Below, in pieces: positions 22,701-36,749 of a DNA stretch of 64,000 nt (positions are counted from its first letter, which is position 1; each line of letters opens with the position of its first letter). The notes below the pieces were generated by a model, which was given only the letters and a program-made list of their open reading frames with translations, did not search any database and was not told the DNA's origin. Made by a program: the position numbers and the translations under genes. The DNA comes from Azolla caroliniana (taxonomy: Eukaryota; Plantae; Polypodiophyta): positions 11,656,001-11,720,000 of the forward strand of contig JBHGNT010000014.1 of the NCBI GenBank assembly GCA_043228905.1. Direction: 5' to 3'.

Positions 22701-25564
22701 GTTTTTACCCGTTGGGAAACGGCCATTTCCCGTTCCAACGCTTCCTGTGCTTGCCGTAATTCCCGAATCGAATCTTTGTCTGGTTCGGCTTCGGTTTCGT
22801 CCCGCTGCGGCAAGTATGGCGCTACGGCTTCAGCTACGTCAATCTCGAAGAGTGGTATGATCTTCGGGTGTTCCTCCAAGTACTGGGCTTCTTCGTCGTC
22901 TGCCAACCCTTCAAGCATGTTCACGCATTCCGCATATAGCGGTGTGCATTCCTTACCGTTGCTCGTCCGTGGTTGTGTCGGTACCCGGACCTTGGCTTTT
23001 CCGCGCCGGAAGGTAATCATATTTTTCCGCCAATTTTGCTTGATGTGTGCTGTTTTCAACCATGGTCTGCCCAGCAACAATGGGTACGCGCCTTGCGCCT
23101 GTAGCTGTAGCACTACAGCCGAGATGTGAAATGTGTGACCTCCTATGGTGACTTCCAATTTCCGTATTAAGCCCGTCGGCCATACAGAGCTCGTATCCGC
23201 CATCCGTAGCCAGAACGGACATGGCTCCCATTCATGTATACCCAAGGCATCACACGTGCGGAGGCTTATTACGTTCACCCCGGAACCTCCATCGATTACT
23301 GTGCCGGGAAGTTCGTGCCCTTTGACAATAGCTGTAATCACCGGACTACTAGTGTCCACCACCGTCGGTCCCTCCTCCGGATTCGAGAAGAGGACTGGTG
23401 CCGGTGGGCCTATACCGTCTGTCATGACCGTTTTTAGTCCTTCCGTAAATCGCGGCACGAGCTGCAAGAGTCTTCCTAATGGCAACGTGATCTGACATTC
23501 TTGCAGTGCTTGCCATGTCTCGTTTTCTGCGTGGCTACCGCCGGCACTCCCTATGGTATTCGCCTTTTGCCGTTCCGCGTCCGCGACGTTCCTTTCATTG
23601 GCTTCCTTCACCCATTCTGTCGCCTGTTTTCGTATGGCCTCTTGTGTTTCCCACTCTTTGGCCATGCCTTTCGACCGTGTGGTTACTTGCTGTAAATCCG
23701 CCACTTCTGGAACCACCATATTAACTGCTGGTCGTTTATCGTAGCTCTTTGCCGGGCACTGGTTACTGTAGTGGCCTTCCTGCCTGCAGTAATAGCAGTA
23801 CTCTTTACGGGTATTGCTGGATTCAACATTGCTGGTATCCGGAGTCGGTCCCGTAGTGAGTGGTGCGTTCTGTGCTGGTTGGCTCCTTGGGGTTCCATGT
23901 TCCGGGTCCCTAGTGTGACCACCTTTCTTGAAATTACGTTTCTTATTATTCTTATTTTTATTTCGGTAGTCCGGTCGTGGTGGATCGTAAAATCGGCCGT
24001 AGTCCTCCTGGTGCCTTCGGTAACCAGGGGAATGGTCTCTGTCGTATTGCTCGTGTCGTCTGTTGGACTCCCGATAACGGTCCGATCGCTCATACCGGTC
24101 GTAGTTATCATGCCGATTCCCGTACCGGCCATCATTCTCTTGTCTGGCTCCGTACCGGACATCCTGTGCCGGTCGGTACCGGTTCATTCTTTGCCAACGA
24201 TCGTCATCTTCGTCTCGGCTGCTTCTTGGCTCGATCCGTCGGACGGGTGGTGCTAGTCGGTTTAACAGGTTATACTCGCACCGGTCCGTTGTATGACTCT
24301 TGGATTGACAAATCACACACTGAGTTCGCATGGTGCACTCCACTGCCGAGTGTCCGGCATTCAAGCAGATTGTGCATTGAATTGCCTGCCGGAACCGGAG
24401 ATCTTCATCGGTGGGTAACGCCCGTTGCAGTGTTCCCAGTGTAAGCCATGAGCTTGACTTTTCCATTTCTTTGACCCGGTCAATGACCTGGTCAATGGTG
24501 CTTCCTCGAAAGTCGATTACCGTACACACCGTGCGTAACGGTTCCCGGAGTGCGTTTAAAAATATCGTCCGTAATTCCTCCTCCGGGGGTGCACGGGCAA
24601 GCTGGCTATGCATTCGTTGGAAACGGATGACGAATTGGGGAATGCTTTCCCCTGCCTCCTGTCGGATCGTATAAAACAGGCCCACCATTGTCGTCTGGTC
24701 GACCTCCTTGTGGAAAAAATGCAAGAATTTTGCTTTTAATTCTGCAAAGGTTGTGATGGTCGCCGGGTCCTGCGTCCGCCGCCATCGTGTCGCTGGTCCT
24801 TCCAACGTGACCCCAAATTCCGCTATCTTCGAGCGTTCTTCTTCCTCCGGTGTCATTCGCTGGGACGTGTGATTTGCTTCCCATGTCTGCTCGAAGGCAT
24901 GAACATGCGCTTCCGCGTCCGGATCATCGCGATACTTTGAGTATTGGAACGGCATGTCGTCGTCCAGTATTAGGCCGCGGTTTAGTGGCGTTTGTTGATA
25001 TCTTTCCGGTTTTCTCTCCGGTTCCACTTCCGGTTGTTTTGCCGGTGCTTTCACTGGCTCGTCTTCCGGTACCTTCGCCGGCTCTTTCGTTGGTGTCGGT
25101 GGCTTTGCTTCTTCCACTTCCGGTGTTGGTGGGTTGACGGCTTCCGTTTGCGGTTCCGGATAGCCCTGGTCGAGCGGTTCCGGTTCTGGAGTCGGCACGG
25201 TATCCGACCCGTCGTCCTCCGGGCCGCCGGGGGTATCGTTGCTGCTCCGGTAGTTCGTGTGCACGCTGTACCCCCCTTCGGAATCCGATTCGTAGGCTGA
25301 AAAGGCTTCTGCCTCGTTTTCTCCGCTTGCCAGCGCCTCGAGGAGGCGTTCGGTTTCCCGGAGACTACTTAGACTGCTTCCGTCGTCCTGGTCGTGAGTT
25401 TGCTGTAACCGAAGAGATTCCTCCGCGACTCTCCGGATCTCGTTGGAGAACGAATGATCCGAGCGAATTTCGTGCGCTGCTTGCTGGAAAGTCTCACGCC
25501 GTCTTTGCCATTTGGCGAGGCGTCGAGCTCGGTCTGTAACCAGGTCGTGCGTTGGTCTCGTCAT
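19701..25564 (-). CDS. Element D Gag-Pol (gag, zinc knuckles, protease, RT, RNase H, integrase); one frameshift from a 17-bp duplication at 21503-21536
   Basis: ORFs of 1375 aa and 613 aa. CX2CX4HX4C knuckles, IDGGSG protease, FLDDF RT, VDASD RNase H, HHCC/DFVGP/SDQG/WTGPY integrase; no chromodomain. Confidence 0.93.
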
Positions 25565-28218
25565 CCATTAAGCCGTCGTTCGCTGCGAGAAAGCAGGAAT
25601 CGTGGTCGCCAAAACTGTGTTATTCGCTGACCGGACAAGGTCTAACACAAGGTGTCACGGAGACACTTCACCAAAGGGTGATTACGGCATAGGATTATGA
25701 CTCAACGATTACACCGACTTACGTAGGTTACACGATTAGATCGCTTTTGTTAATTACACGCGTAAGATATAACAGTAAGTACAGAACGGAAATCAACACA
25801 GAAGTATAAACACCATATGCTCTATTAATTATCCGCTGCGATTACAATGGGGTCCGGGCCTTTAAATAGGTTTCCGGCCCGTAGTACAAAACGGTGCCTA
25901 TCGCACCTATTCGGGATCCGTCCGGATCTGGAACGGCATACCGTTTCCAGTCCGTCCGTCCATACTAGGCTTATTTACAACCATACTTAATTAATTCCTT
26001 CACTCCGTATTTTGGACTCCTTGCCGGCCGGTAACAGTTGTGTTGGGTATGGTTGTTTCAACTTGTTACTATTGCGTCTTGTTGTGTTGGGGTAGCGTTG
26101 CGGCGCCTTCTTCTTGATGTGGTGGTGTCTAATCTCTTGGAGTAGCGTGTTGTTTTTGTTTTAGCTTTTTCTTGAGTTGGTGTGTTGATTGTTGCCTGTC
26201 TTCTCCACCAAAGTGTGAAAATGCCTCTAAACTCTCCTCCATTTTCCATTTCATCTGAATGTATTTATACACCATGGTAATACATTCCAAGATCCATTCG
26301 GTTATCTTGGCACACTTCTATTTACTTACTTCTAACTAACCCTTTACTAACTATAGCCTAACTAACTAACCCAAGGTCTAACCCCCTAACCTTGGTTATA
26401 GCTACTTGGGTTAGGTGAGGGGTTTTATCCTGTGGTTTTACCACGTGACCCCACAATATGTTAAATACTTATAAAATACGTACTTGATACGTAAAATACT
26501 TCTAGAATTTGAAAATTATTTACCTTTCTAAAAAATATCTATAATATTGTAAAAAACATCTATGTTTACACAATTTTGTGATGTATAGTATAGTTCTACG
26601 TCCTTCTTCTTCTTTTTTCCAAAAAAAGATACTACATTAGTATTAGAAAATGCCATAGGGCTAAACATACAAGATATACCACCAATCCCCTATATTTCTC
26701 TAAATTCTAACCATCAGCTTAAATAAACACTTTGGTGTTGAGTAGAACCACTCCACCTTATCAAAACGTCGTCTATAAAATATACCTATGTCCCAAATGG
26801 CATGAAACTCCACATGCCTAAGCTCCACTTGATGCGTATTACCTTTTATACTATCCAAAATCTCTCTAAGATTATGCACAATCTCTATCCAAATTCCCGA
26901 AATGATTTGGGCAGGTCTTTCTGTCACATTTTGAAATACTTTCAAACATCGAGCCTTCCAAATATACCAAATTGTAATACCACTTACCAATTGCCATATT
27001 TGACGTTTATCAGTTTGTATTTGTGGATTCAGAGGGGTCAAATTGCTTTCCATCAAACCATGTCTCATCATAATAGCATCTGCAACCTCCTCCTATTCAT
27101 ATACCATTGGTTTATCATGTACCACCGCCCATAATACCATGTGTACACTGCTCTGGGATACATTGGAGTTAATAATTTTATGATCCTTGTGCTCGTCACA
27201 ATCTCTCTGATCATGTTCGGTGCTCATATGCATCGACGGTCCATGTACTTGGAACTTGTGGGATGATCTTCCGTCTTCTTCACCATCGTGATTTTCAGAT
27301 TCTCCATATCCTTCAGCAATTGCTCCACCGTGGTTGCGTCGATTCCCTTCTCGATCGTAATCTCCTGAGCCCGCGGTTAATGGTCTTCCGATCCGGATCT
27401 CGGTTTCGGAATTGGTTCCGAAACCCTCTTTTCTTCATTGGCAAGCCATTGCCCCCTCTTTGTGTATCGCGCACTTAGTGCGGATCGTGAGACGGAACCA
27501 CCGGGGTTCTGGACTAGAAGGATTTAGAGCAACATGTACAACAAAAGCAAGTTTTAAGCATAAGACAAGTGGGAGAGACAAATCATTAGTTTATTGCAAA
27601 AGAAAATCGATTCTTTATAATTTTAGAATCATGTTACAATGGGTTGGGTATGGAAATGAGAGATTAATTTTTCAAAGAAAGGAGCCAACAACCATGCAAG
27701 GAGTGGTCCGATATGAATACAAGAGATAATTTTTTACCAGAAAGAAAGAGTAAACAAAGCTAGGAGTTTGATATCAATATGTGAGATAATTTGTTTCTCA
27801 AATCCGAGAGGGAAGAAGAAAGAAGGGAAAAAAAAAAAAACTAGGAGGGAAAAAAATGGGACATATATCGAGCTCCTCGTTGATCCTCCTCCCCAATGTT
27901 ACTTTGCATGCCCACTTTTAGTTGAATGGCCTCTATTTTTAGTTGCATGGCCTCTACTTTTAGTTGCATGCTTCCATTTTTAGATGCATGCCTTTTACTT
28001 TTAGTTGCATGGCCTTGGCTTTTGGTTGCATGCGATTGTCCGTATAATTCGGCCAAATGACACAATCATCCATAAAGTTTAGCCCGTGCGCAATCCGTAC
28101 GTGCGTCGCAACCAAATCGTAGACGCGTCCGCGCGCAAGTCCCGACCGCATAGTAGTGTACGCATCCACGCATGCGCGCGTCCCGACTGCATAGTAGTGT
28201 ACACATCCACGCATGCGC

Positions 28219-28978
28219 TGTCGTGCCTTTCGGCTCCGGATCGTTTGCGTGAGTCGGGTGGGAACCACCGGGGTTTTGGACTAGGAAGAGGAGAGTTTTA
28301 AGGCTAATAAGAATATAAATATGTTGTAAGAAAGAGTTATAGCAAACTCGTGAATCCCACGAGTGTATTGTATTAGATTAATCAATATGAATATAAGAAT
28401 ATAAACTTCGGTTGAAAGAGAATGATATAGAATTCTCGTGAATCCCACGAGTATAGTTTATTAATTGGTGTTTTTTAGAAACATATCCAGTTTCCAAATA
28501 TTTTTCACACACCTATTACATTGTGCTCCCCATCCTTATGTAGTGATGGGAGAGACTAAGCATAGCTACATGCTTTTTCTCATATGTTCATGCACACTAA
28601 ATGTGCATGTGATGCTTTTCTAATCCTTGCTTTTATTTGCTAAATATAGTGCTCATGCACGCTAGATGTGCATGAGTCACTTTTTAGTTGCTTGCGTTTT
28701 TCTATAAAATATTCACGCACTCTAAAAATGCACGATTTACCTTTTAATAAAGGTAGGTGCAAATAAAGCACTTATAGTTATTAAATCTATTTGTAGAACA
28801 CTAAAGATAAGGTAGCATAATGGTAAAGTTGAGGTTTGGCTACGTGGATGTACAAGGTTTGAATCTTGCCCTATGCACGTGATAAATATCTTGATATATT
28901 ATTTTATTTATTTATATGTAATTAAATCGGTTATATTATTTTTACTTTTTCACGTAGTGTACGAAATACACTACGACA
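28219..28978 (-). mobile_element. Solo LTR of family C inserted in the 3' LTR of element B; TSD GCGC
   Basis: TGTCGTGCC...CTACGACA termini, with GCGC at 28215-28218 and 28979-28982. Confidence 0.92.
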
Positions 28979-30121
28979 GCGCGCGTCCCGACCGTGCCAT
29001 AGTGTACGCATCCACGCGCGTGCGCATCTAACCCGCACCATGTACGCATCCACGCGCAAAAGTCTCGACCGCGCCATAGTGTACGCATCCACGCATGCGC
29101 GCGTGCGCACACATGCATCCGTCCGAAAGCGTCCACGCGTACGCCCAAAACTTGCACACACGCGTACATCCGAAGACGTCCATGTGCGTGTACGTCCGAA
29201 AACGTCCACGCAACCATGCACACGCGCGTACACATGTATTCGAGCACTCATTCGCACATACGCGTTCATCCGAAAGCGTCCACACGTACGCCCGAAACTT
29301 GCACACGTCCGAAAACATAGTAGTGTACGCATCCACGCATGCGCGCGTCCCGACTGCATAGTAGTGTACACATCCACGCATGTGCGCGTCCCGACCGTGC
29401 CATAGTGTACGCATCCACGCGCGTGCGCATCTAACCCGCACCATGTACGCATCCGCGCGCAAAAGTCTCGACCGCGCCATAGTGTACGCATCCACGCATG
29501 CGCGCGTGCGCACACATGCATCCGTCCGAAAGCGTCCACGCGTACGCCCAAAACTTGCACACACGCGTACATCCGAAGACGTCCATGTGCGTGTACGTCC
29601 GAAAACGTCCACGCAACCATGCACACGCGCGTACACATGTATTCGAGCACTCGTTCGCACATACGCGTTCATCCGAAAGCGTCCACACGTACGCCCGAAA
29701 CTTGCACACGTCCGAAAACATAGTAGTGTACGCATCCACGCATGCGCGCGTCCCGACTGCATAGTAGTGTACACATCCACGCATGCGCGCGTCCCGACCG
29801 TGCCATAGTGTACGCATCCACGCGCGTGCGCATCTAACCCGCACCATGTACGCATCCGCGCGCAAAAGTCTCGACTGCGCCATAGTGTACGCATCCACGC
29901 ATGCGCGCGTGCGCACACATGCATCCGTCCGAAAGCGTCCACGCGTACGCCCAAAACTTGCACACACGCGTACATCCGAAGACGTCCATGTGCGTGTACG
30001 TCCGAAAACGTCCACGCAACCATGCACACGCGCGTACACATGTATTCGAGCACTCGTTCGCACATACGCGTTCATTCGAAAGCGTCCACACGTACGCCCG
30101 AAACTTGCACACGTCCGAAAA
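28979..30121. repeat. 403-bp tandem repeat (~3 copies) of CpG-rich alternating purine/pyrimidine subrepeats within the element B 3' LTR
   Basis: Unit starts at 28979, 29382 and 29785; the ORF track repeats with period 403. Confidence 0.95.
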
Positions 30122-33100
30122 CATCCACCGCGCGTACACCCGAAGCGTGCACACCACCCCAAGTCACCTTGAACATTCTATGCTCCACATATTGATAGAA
30201 TGAATATGTTTTGGTTTCCCTTATATATTCTGGGTTCCAATGTTGTCCTATCTATGTGGGATATCTCACAGTTTTGTCTTTTCTTTTCTTTTCTTCAAAC
30301 TTTACACTCACATAACTTGATACTTGTTTATCCGTTTTATGCGTAGTAAAATATGCTATGAAGCTCTTGAACACATCTATCTTTCCATATCCATATATTA
30401 AGCTAATCGTAAAAAAATATTTTACTAGTTTTCATATTGTGTGTGAAAAACCACACGACATTCACCCCCACCAAACATGCACATCCACCGGTATGTGCCA
30501 ATTGTGGTGAGGTTCCTCTTTTTTAATTACTCTTCTTCAACCTCGATGTTCGAGGATACATCATCTAGATCTTCGATCTCAAGATTTGGGGCTTCTCTTC
30601 TCTTAAAGATCTTGATCCTCTTCCCTACTATTGGCAAAGCAAGTCGAGTTCCATCTAACTCCGTTAAAAAATAGGTTGCATTGCTTTCTATTTTCTTGAC
30701 CATATACGGACCAAACCATCGTTTTGCGAACTTTTGAGTAGTGCTATTGTGATTATCGAGACTACTATCATAGACAAGAACCCAATCTCCTTCTTCAATT
30801 TTTTCTTTGTCGAAGACGATGCTTTCTATCAAAATTCTCCTTGTTCTTCAATCGAGCTTGGCGCAACCGTTCTATTGTCAACTCGACATCTTTGGGCCTT
30901 CGTTCTAATTGTTGAATCCTCGTGGCTAGCAAGTCTTCCCGACTCATTTCCTCTTGCCATGGCAAAGACGTCCACGAAGCAACACTTTGCTCAATAGGCA
31001 TTATTGGTTTTTGTCCTAATATGAGTTTGGCGGGCATATATCCCGTAGTCGTGCTATGTGTAGTTCTATCTACCCACAATGCATAAGGTAGTAATCGTGG
31101 CCAATTTCCCATCTTGCCGTCGCAAGCCTTTGCTAGAGCTTTTACAATTGGACTATGTCCTCGTTCCACCTTCCCATTTGTGTCTGGGTTGTATGCCATG
31201 GTGAGCGATAATTTGACGCCCGTCCTTCTACTTGGTTGGTGAGATCCTCTCTTGCTAGCACGAGATATTTCATTTGCCCCAATCCCATTGGCGTAACCAC
31301 TATGTCTACCAACCACTTATAGTGCATTGATAATGGATATGTCGGATGAAGTTCATCCCTATGTTGAATATTCGAGTATAATTGGCATTGCTCACATGTT
31401 TCAACATAGCTTGCTACATCTTTGTAAACACCCGGCCACCAATACTTCTCCTTGAGCTTTGCAAATGTTGCCCATATACCACGATGACCTGCCCACACAC
31501 TATCATGAAATTCAGCAATTAGTGTTTGTTGATCCTGTTTCTTGCACACCACTCGAAGTGGAGTTCCATTCTTCTTCTTCGGAAACTTCCATAGATGTCC
31601 TTCTTTGAGGAAGAACTTGTAGGCCTTCTTCCTAATTCGGTAGAATTCTTCCTTTGACCATGATTCATCTTTTGTAAGAGAGCTTAAGTATTTGCCAATT
31701 TCGATGAATTCACCCTCATAATCTTCTACTTTGAACACTGCTACCACCCGAGCACAAGAAACCTAAAGAAGTTTAGGCCAACATCCTCTTCGTCGGAGTG
31801 CAAATCTTCTTCACCCTGATACCTCGCCCTTGACAACATATCGGCCACCACATTATGCTTCCCATTTATATGCCGAATCTCGGGGTTGAGGGACTTGATA
31901 TAGGCAATTCATCGCAGCATAGCAATATCCGGTGTAGCACAACCGGATATCATTCTGAGAATAGGTAGACAGTCGGTTTCGATTATGACCTCTGTTCCTA
32001 TAAGGTAGTCACAGTCGGTTTTAACCGCGGATACTATTCCTCATAGCTCTCTCTTTACTTGAGCATACTTCCTTTGTCTTTCGGTTAACACCTTTGCACC
32101 GAATCGGATTGCATACCGATTCTTTTCTTTGTCTTCTTGGTTTATCACCCATCCAATTCCAGTTGGGCTCGTATCCACCGTCACATATATCGGGGTACCA
32201 TCGGTGTAGTCGGCTTTGCGCAGTGCTGGAGCTTCCAATAATAGTTTCTTTAGCTTTCGAATCGTGTAAGTATGCTCATCTTCCCATTCAAACTTCTTCC
32301 TTTTCTTTAATAGTCCATACAATGGTTCAGCGCATGGGCATAATGTGGAATCCATATGTGATAGAATGCACATGCTCCCAAGAATCTTCGCACCTCCGTT
32401 TGAGACACACATTCTTCTTTCATCTCTTGAATAACGTTCACCTTGGATGGAGATGGCTTCCGGCCATAAGAACCACATAAGTGTCCTACTACCAATATTT
32501 CTAGTTGACCAAATGCAGACTTCTCTCCCGAAAACGTGAGATTTGCATCCTCAAGCTTTTGCAACACCTTCTCACTATCCTTTATATGATCGATGATGAA
32601 TCTTCGGCAACCATCGTCATCTTTCGATTCATCTTTTTCTTCCACTGAGCATCCTTTGATTGGAATGTCGTCTAAGAAGGGCATTGTGATATCAGGGATA
32701 CAATCCCTCAACACTTTGTTCATGGCATTCACCATGTGGGCTATGGAATTTGTCGCACCTTGGGGTAAGGTGCACATCCTTACCAACCCGATCAACGTCC
32801 TCATTGTCGTTATATCTCTACTATCGACGGCCAATTGAAACTGATCATAACCCGAGTAGAGATCACCAATGGAATAGATCGATCTTCCCGCGAAGGCTTC
32901 GGCAAATTCATCCACGCTTGGACCAGTTCCGGCATTTTGGATCGTCACCTTGTTGACGGGTTGGAGATCTTGTATAAAGCGTAAGGACCCGTTCTTCTTC
33001 GGCACTGTAAACCATCTATTAGAGTAGGGAGCATTGGATGGCTCAAGAATTCCCATCCTAACCTTCTCCTTTAGAAGCTCAATCAACTTTGGAATGTGAG

Positions 33101-36100
33101 CTCTTGGAACCGGTATCGGCTTGAGGTTCCAAGGTACATGTGGCACCGTAAAAATCACCATCGGCTCTATCATCTTCGGGTCGGCACATCCAATCTCTTG
33201 TGGAGAGAAGGCAAAGGCTTTCCCATGTCTCTCAAGCATTCCGCGGAACATTCTCTCCTCTTCGGGGAGAAGGAAATCTTCCCTTCAAACTTGTAGCTTT
33301 CCTTTTGTCCCGTTGGTGAAGACATGACCTATTGCCTTTGGATCCCTTAAACTTGGATCATTAGCAACTTCCTTAATCTTCTGCCAGCTATCTTCCAGTA
33401 GCGGAACCTCAACTGGCTTGATCTTCTTATCCACCGTTTTATATTTTGTGTTGACTTCAGCTTCCTCCATCAAGATGCCTCGATGATATTCATCGATGAT
33501 AGCGTACATGTTGATAGAGTTAATTGAAATCACATTTTGATCGTGAGGGTAGCTCAAGTCCACGACTTCCTCGATTTCGCCAATGGTGTCGTTAAATGAG
33601 GCTTCCTCTAGAATATGAGACACAAATTCTTCTTCTTCGATTATGCTTTCTTCTTTCAGCATCTTCTCGAAGTGTTGTATCCGACGCTTGTCCTTCTTGT
33701 TGAGTAGTGTTAGTTTACATGCGCCACTAGGTGTCACACATGTTGCTTCTCCTTGCGATCCACTTATTTCGCTTCCTTGTGGGGACTTATGATTGCTCGG
33801 ACTATTTGTGCCCCATGCTTCAATAGTCCGCTCTAAAAATCCGAGGATTCGACTCCAAGGCTATCACGGTTCCTTTCGTGATTAGCCCACACCGTAAGGA
33901 ATTTAACAGATCTTTGATTGTCAAGGCTCTTGACTCGCGCGAAGGCCGCTCCATTATCGAACACCTTAGTCTCCATCCGGGACGACGTGATATATGGTTG
34001 TCCTAGGATGACGGGATGTGAAGCCGAGTCTTGCACGAAGAAGTGTTGATCCATCTCCACATCTCCGATTGTGACTTTAACATTGGGGCAAGCTCCGTAC
34101 AAGTCTTCCGTGGCCTTTGTTGCCGCTCGTATCTTCCATCCATGGTTTGTGTTGATCGTCCATCTTCCTTTCTTGTAGAATTCGGTCGACATGAGGTTGA
34201 TCTCCGAACCATGGTCAATCAAGGCTACCACGGTCTCCTTCTTCTCTCCGATCTTCACCGGCGCCTCTGTTGTCGCTCTTGCCCAATGAGGCCGAGAGTA
34301 ATGGTTGTCCGCCATCACTTCTTCTTCCTCCTCCTCTTCGGATCTTGCCATGGTTATGGCACTTGTTTTCACCTCTTCTTCATCTGATTGTTGCCGCTTC
34401 CGCTTAATCAAGTCCACGATAGTATCGTGGAACTCCTTAGCGATCCCAAGTAGCTCTCTCAAAGTAAGGTCGACATGACTATCTAAAACCTTCTCCTCAA
34501 GGACCTTCCGCAAGTTGGTTGTTTGTTCTATGTCCGACCTTAGCTTGTAAGTCGGCGCCACTCGTTCCTTTCCTTTCTTCACAGATTCATCGACTTCCAT
34601 CCGAGAAGGTTGGCTTGATCCATTGGGCTTCATGCTTGTTTCTCCTATCTCTTTTCGTGGCGTAGGTTGGGCTTGTCCTTCTTTCCCTGCATTCCTTGTA
34701 TTGTGACGCTTTGAGGTGCCATCTTCTTCATCGGTTCTTTTACTCTTCTCTTCGACAAGAGCCTCATAGTTGTCACACAAAACCTCTGCAAAGCTTGTGT
34801 TATCGTCGACTGGATCTGACCATCCGGTTACTCGTCGCACATTCCGATCAGCATGTTTGAGATCCTCCAAATCTTTTTTCCTTTCTTTTCACACTCGAAT
34901 ACCATTGGCCAAAACCCAACTCTCGGCTTGATCGTCTTTAGATTCTCTCTTCCGACTCGTATTCTCGCCAATGTGGCGTAGTGCATGGCTTCCACATGCC
35001 TTCCATCTTCCTCTTCCACGATCTTTTTCAGCCCGCCTCTTCCGAAGTTCACTCGTAGCGGCTTTCGGGTCTCACTCGAGTGGATCATGTTGCCGTCCAA
35101 ATATACGACATTCTTGCGAATCGCGTCTTGCAAGTTAGTGCACTCCCTTCGCGAGTGTTCGAAACTATCACACCACACACATCTATACGCCTCTTTTCCC
35201 TTCGGCCCGCGTTGACCTAAGTTGGCCAACGATACTGCTCCGAACTTCTTGGAGAGCTCTTCGATTATAGATTCCTCCATCGCTTTCTTGTCGAAATTGT
35301 TGATCGGCTTGTTAGACTCAATCGTCACAGGTGCCTTCCTCCTCCATGATTGTGGATTCTCCATATCAGTTTCCTCTTGCCATTGTCGACGCTTATCAAG
35401 ACGGCTACAAGCCTTCTTCACCGCCGCCCAGTCCGCTACCAAGCCATTTGGTTGTGTTTCATCCTCCAAAAAGTTACCCAATTCACGCCGATCTTTCGCA
35501 TCCACTGCCTTCAGGAATAGTAGGACTTTATCTCCATCGAGAACTCGTTGATTAACACTTGGAAGTCAGTTATACTTCTGGTCGAATTCGGCATATACTC
35601 TAGATGCACACATATTCTTCCCTTTCTTCTCGATCCAAGACATTAGCGTATGTCGAGTCATCCGCGATGCGTCTTCAAGCATGTATTCGGCGAGAAGCGC
35701 CTTTTCGAACTCCGCCCAAGTTGCATGCTCGCTTTAGATCTCCATGATGCACTTGCGGATCCGTGGTTCCACCACACATTTGAAGCTAGAAATTTGTTTG
35801 AGATCGTTGACATCCCTTTGTTGCATCTCGTTCCGATAGGTAGCAAGAAAATCCGTGATGTTCTTGCCACCAAATCGTCCAACTATCTCAACCGTACGAT
35901 CAACAACTTTGTCGATTAAAGATTCTCGATCTCTCACCTTCATCATGTATTCCACTACAGACACCATACCTTTTGTTAATTCCTCCCCTTGAGTTCTGCT
36001 TGTTGAAGCCATTGTTGCATTTGATATCCTTCCTACCGCCTCTTTCACGTCAGGTTCACCACTTAATTATGTCGTGAAAATACGTCACTATGTGCGGATC

Positions 36101-36749
36101 ATGAGACTGAACCGCCGGGGTTCTGGACTAGAAGGATTTAGAGCAACATGTACAACAAAAGCAAGTTTTAAGCATAAGACAAGTGGGAGAGACAAATCAT
36201 TAGTTTATTGCAAAAGAAAATCGATTCTTTATAATTTCAGAATCATGTTACAATGGGTTGGGTATGGAAATGAGAGATTAATTTTTCAAAGAAAGGAGCC
36301 AACAACCATGAAAGGAGTGGTCCGATATGAATACAAGAGATAATTTTTTACCAGAAAGAACGAGTAAACAAAGCTAGGAGTTTGATATCAATATGTGAGA
36401 TAATTTGTTTCTCAAATCCGAGAGGGAAGAAGAAAGAAGGGGGAAAAAAAAAAACTAGGAGGGAAAAAAATGGGACATATATCGAGCTCCTCGTTGATCC
36501 TCCTCCCCAATGTTACTTTGCATGCCCACTTTTAGTTGAATGGCCTCTATTTTTAGTTGCATGGCCTCTACTTTTAGTTGCATGCTTCCTTTTTTAGATG
36601 CATGCCTTTTACTTTTAGTTGCATGGCCTTGGCTTTTGGTTGCATGCGATTGTCCGTATAATTCGGCCAAATGACACAATCATCCATAAAGTTTAGCCCG
36701 TGCGCAATCCGTACGTGCGTCGCAACCAAACCGTAGACGCGTCTGCACG

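Larger units (their letters stand above)
16184..26036 (-). mobile_element. Young full-length Ty3/gypsy element D (non-chromovirus, Athila/Tat-like); LTRs 16184-16602 and 25618-26036; TSD GTTGT; Arg-like PBS TGGCGACCAC near 25602-25611
   Basis: Two 419-bp TG..CA LTRs differing at only 2 positions that I could find; 5-bp TSD at 16179-16183 and 26037-26041. Confidence 0.95.
12288..26455 (-). mobile_element. Ty3/gypsy element A: 5' LTR 26214-26455, tRNA-Ala-like PBS ~26200-26210, RT 15709-14077, RNase H/integrase 14076-12500; most of gag and the protease deleted, 3' LTR missing; interrupted by a solo LTR and by element D
   Basis: RT motifs (CVDF.KLN, YPLPRIDDLLD, MPFGL, YLDD), RNase H (HPIAYISRSL..EKNYS), integrase HHCC, SDQG, PQTNG and WIGPF. 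TG..CA LTR followed on the minus strand by TGGTGGAGA. Confidence 0.85.

Noticed and set aside
17009-25539. Antisense (+) ORFs across element D
   Set aside because: Shadow frames of GC-rich minus-strand coding sequence.
28931-30203. Many long Cys/Arg/His-rich ORFs (also 36574-37611)
   Set aside because: Artefacts of stop-poor CpG minisatellites in LTRs; open in several frames on both strands.
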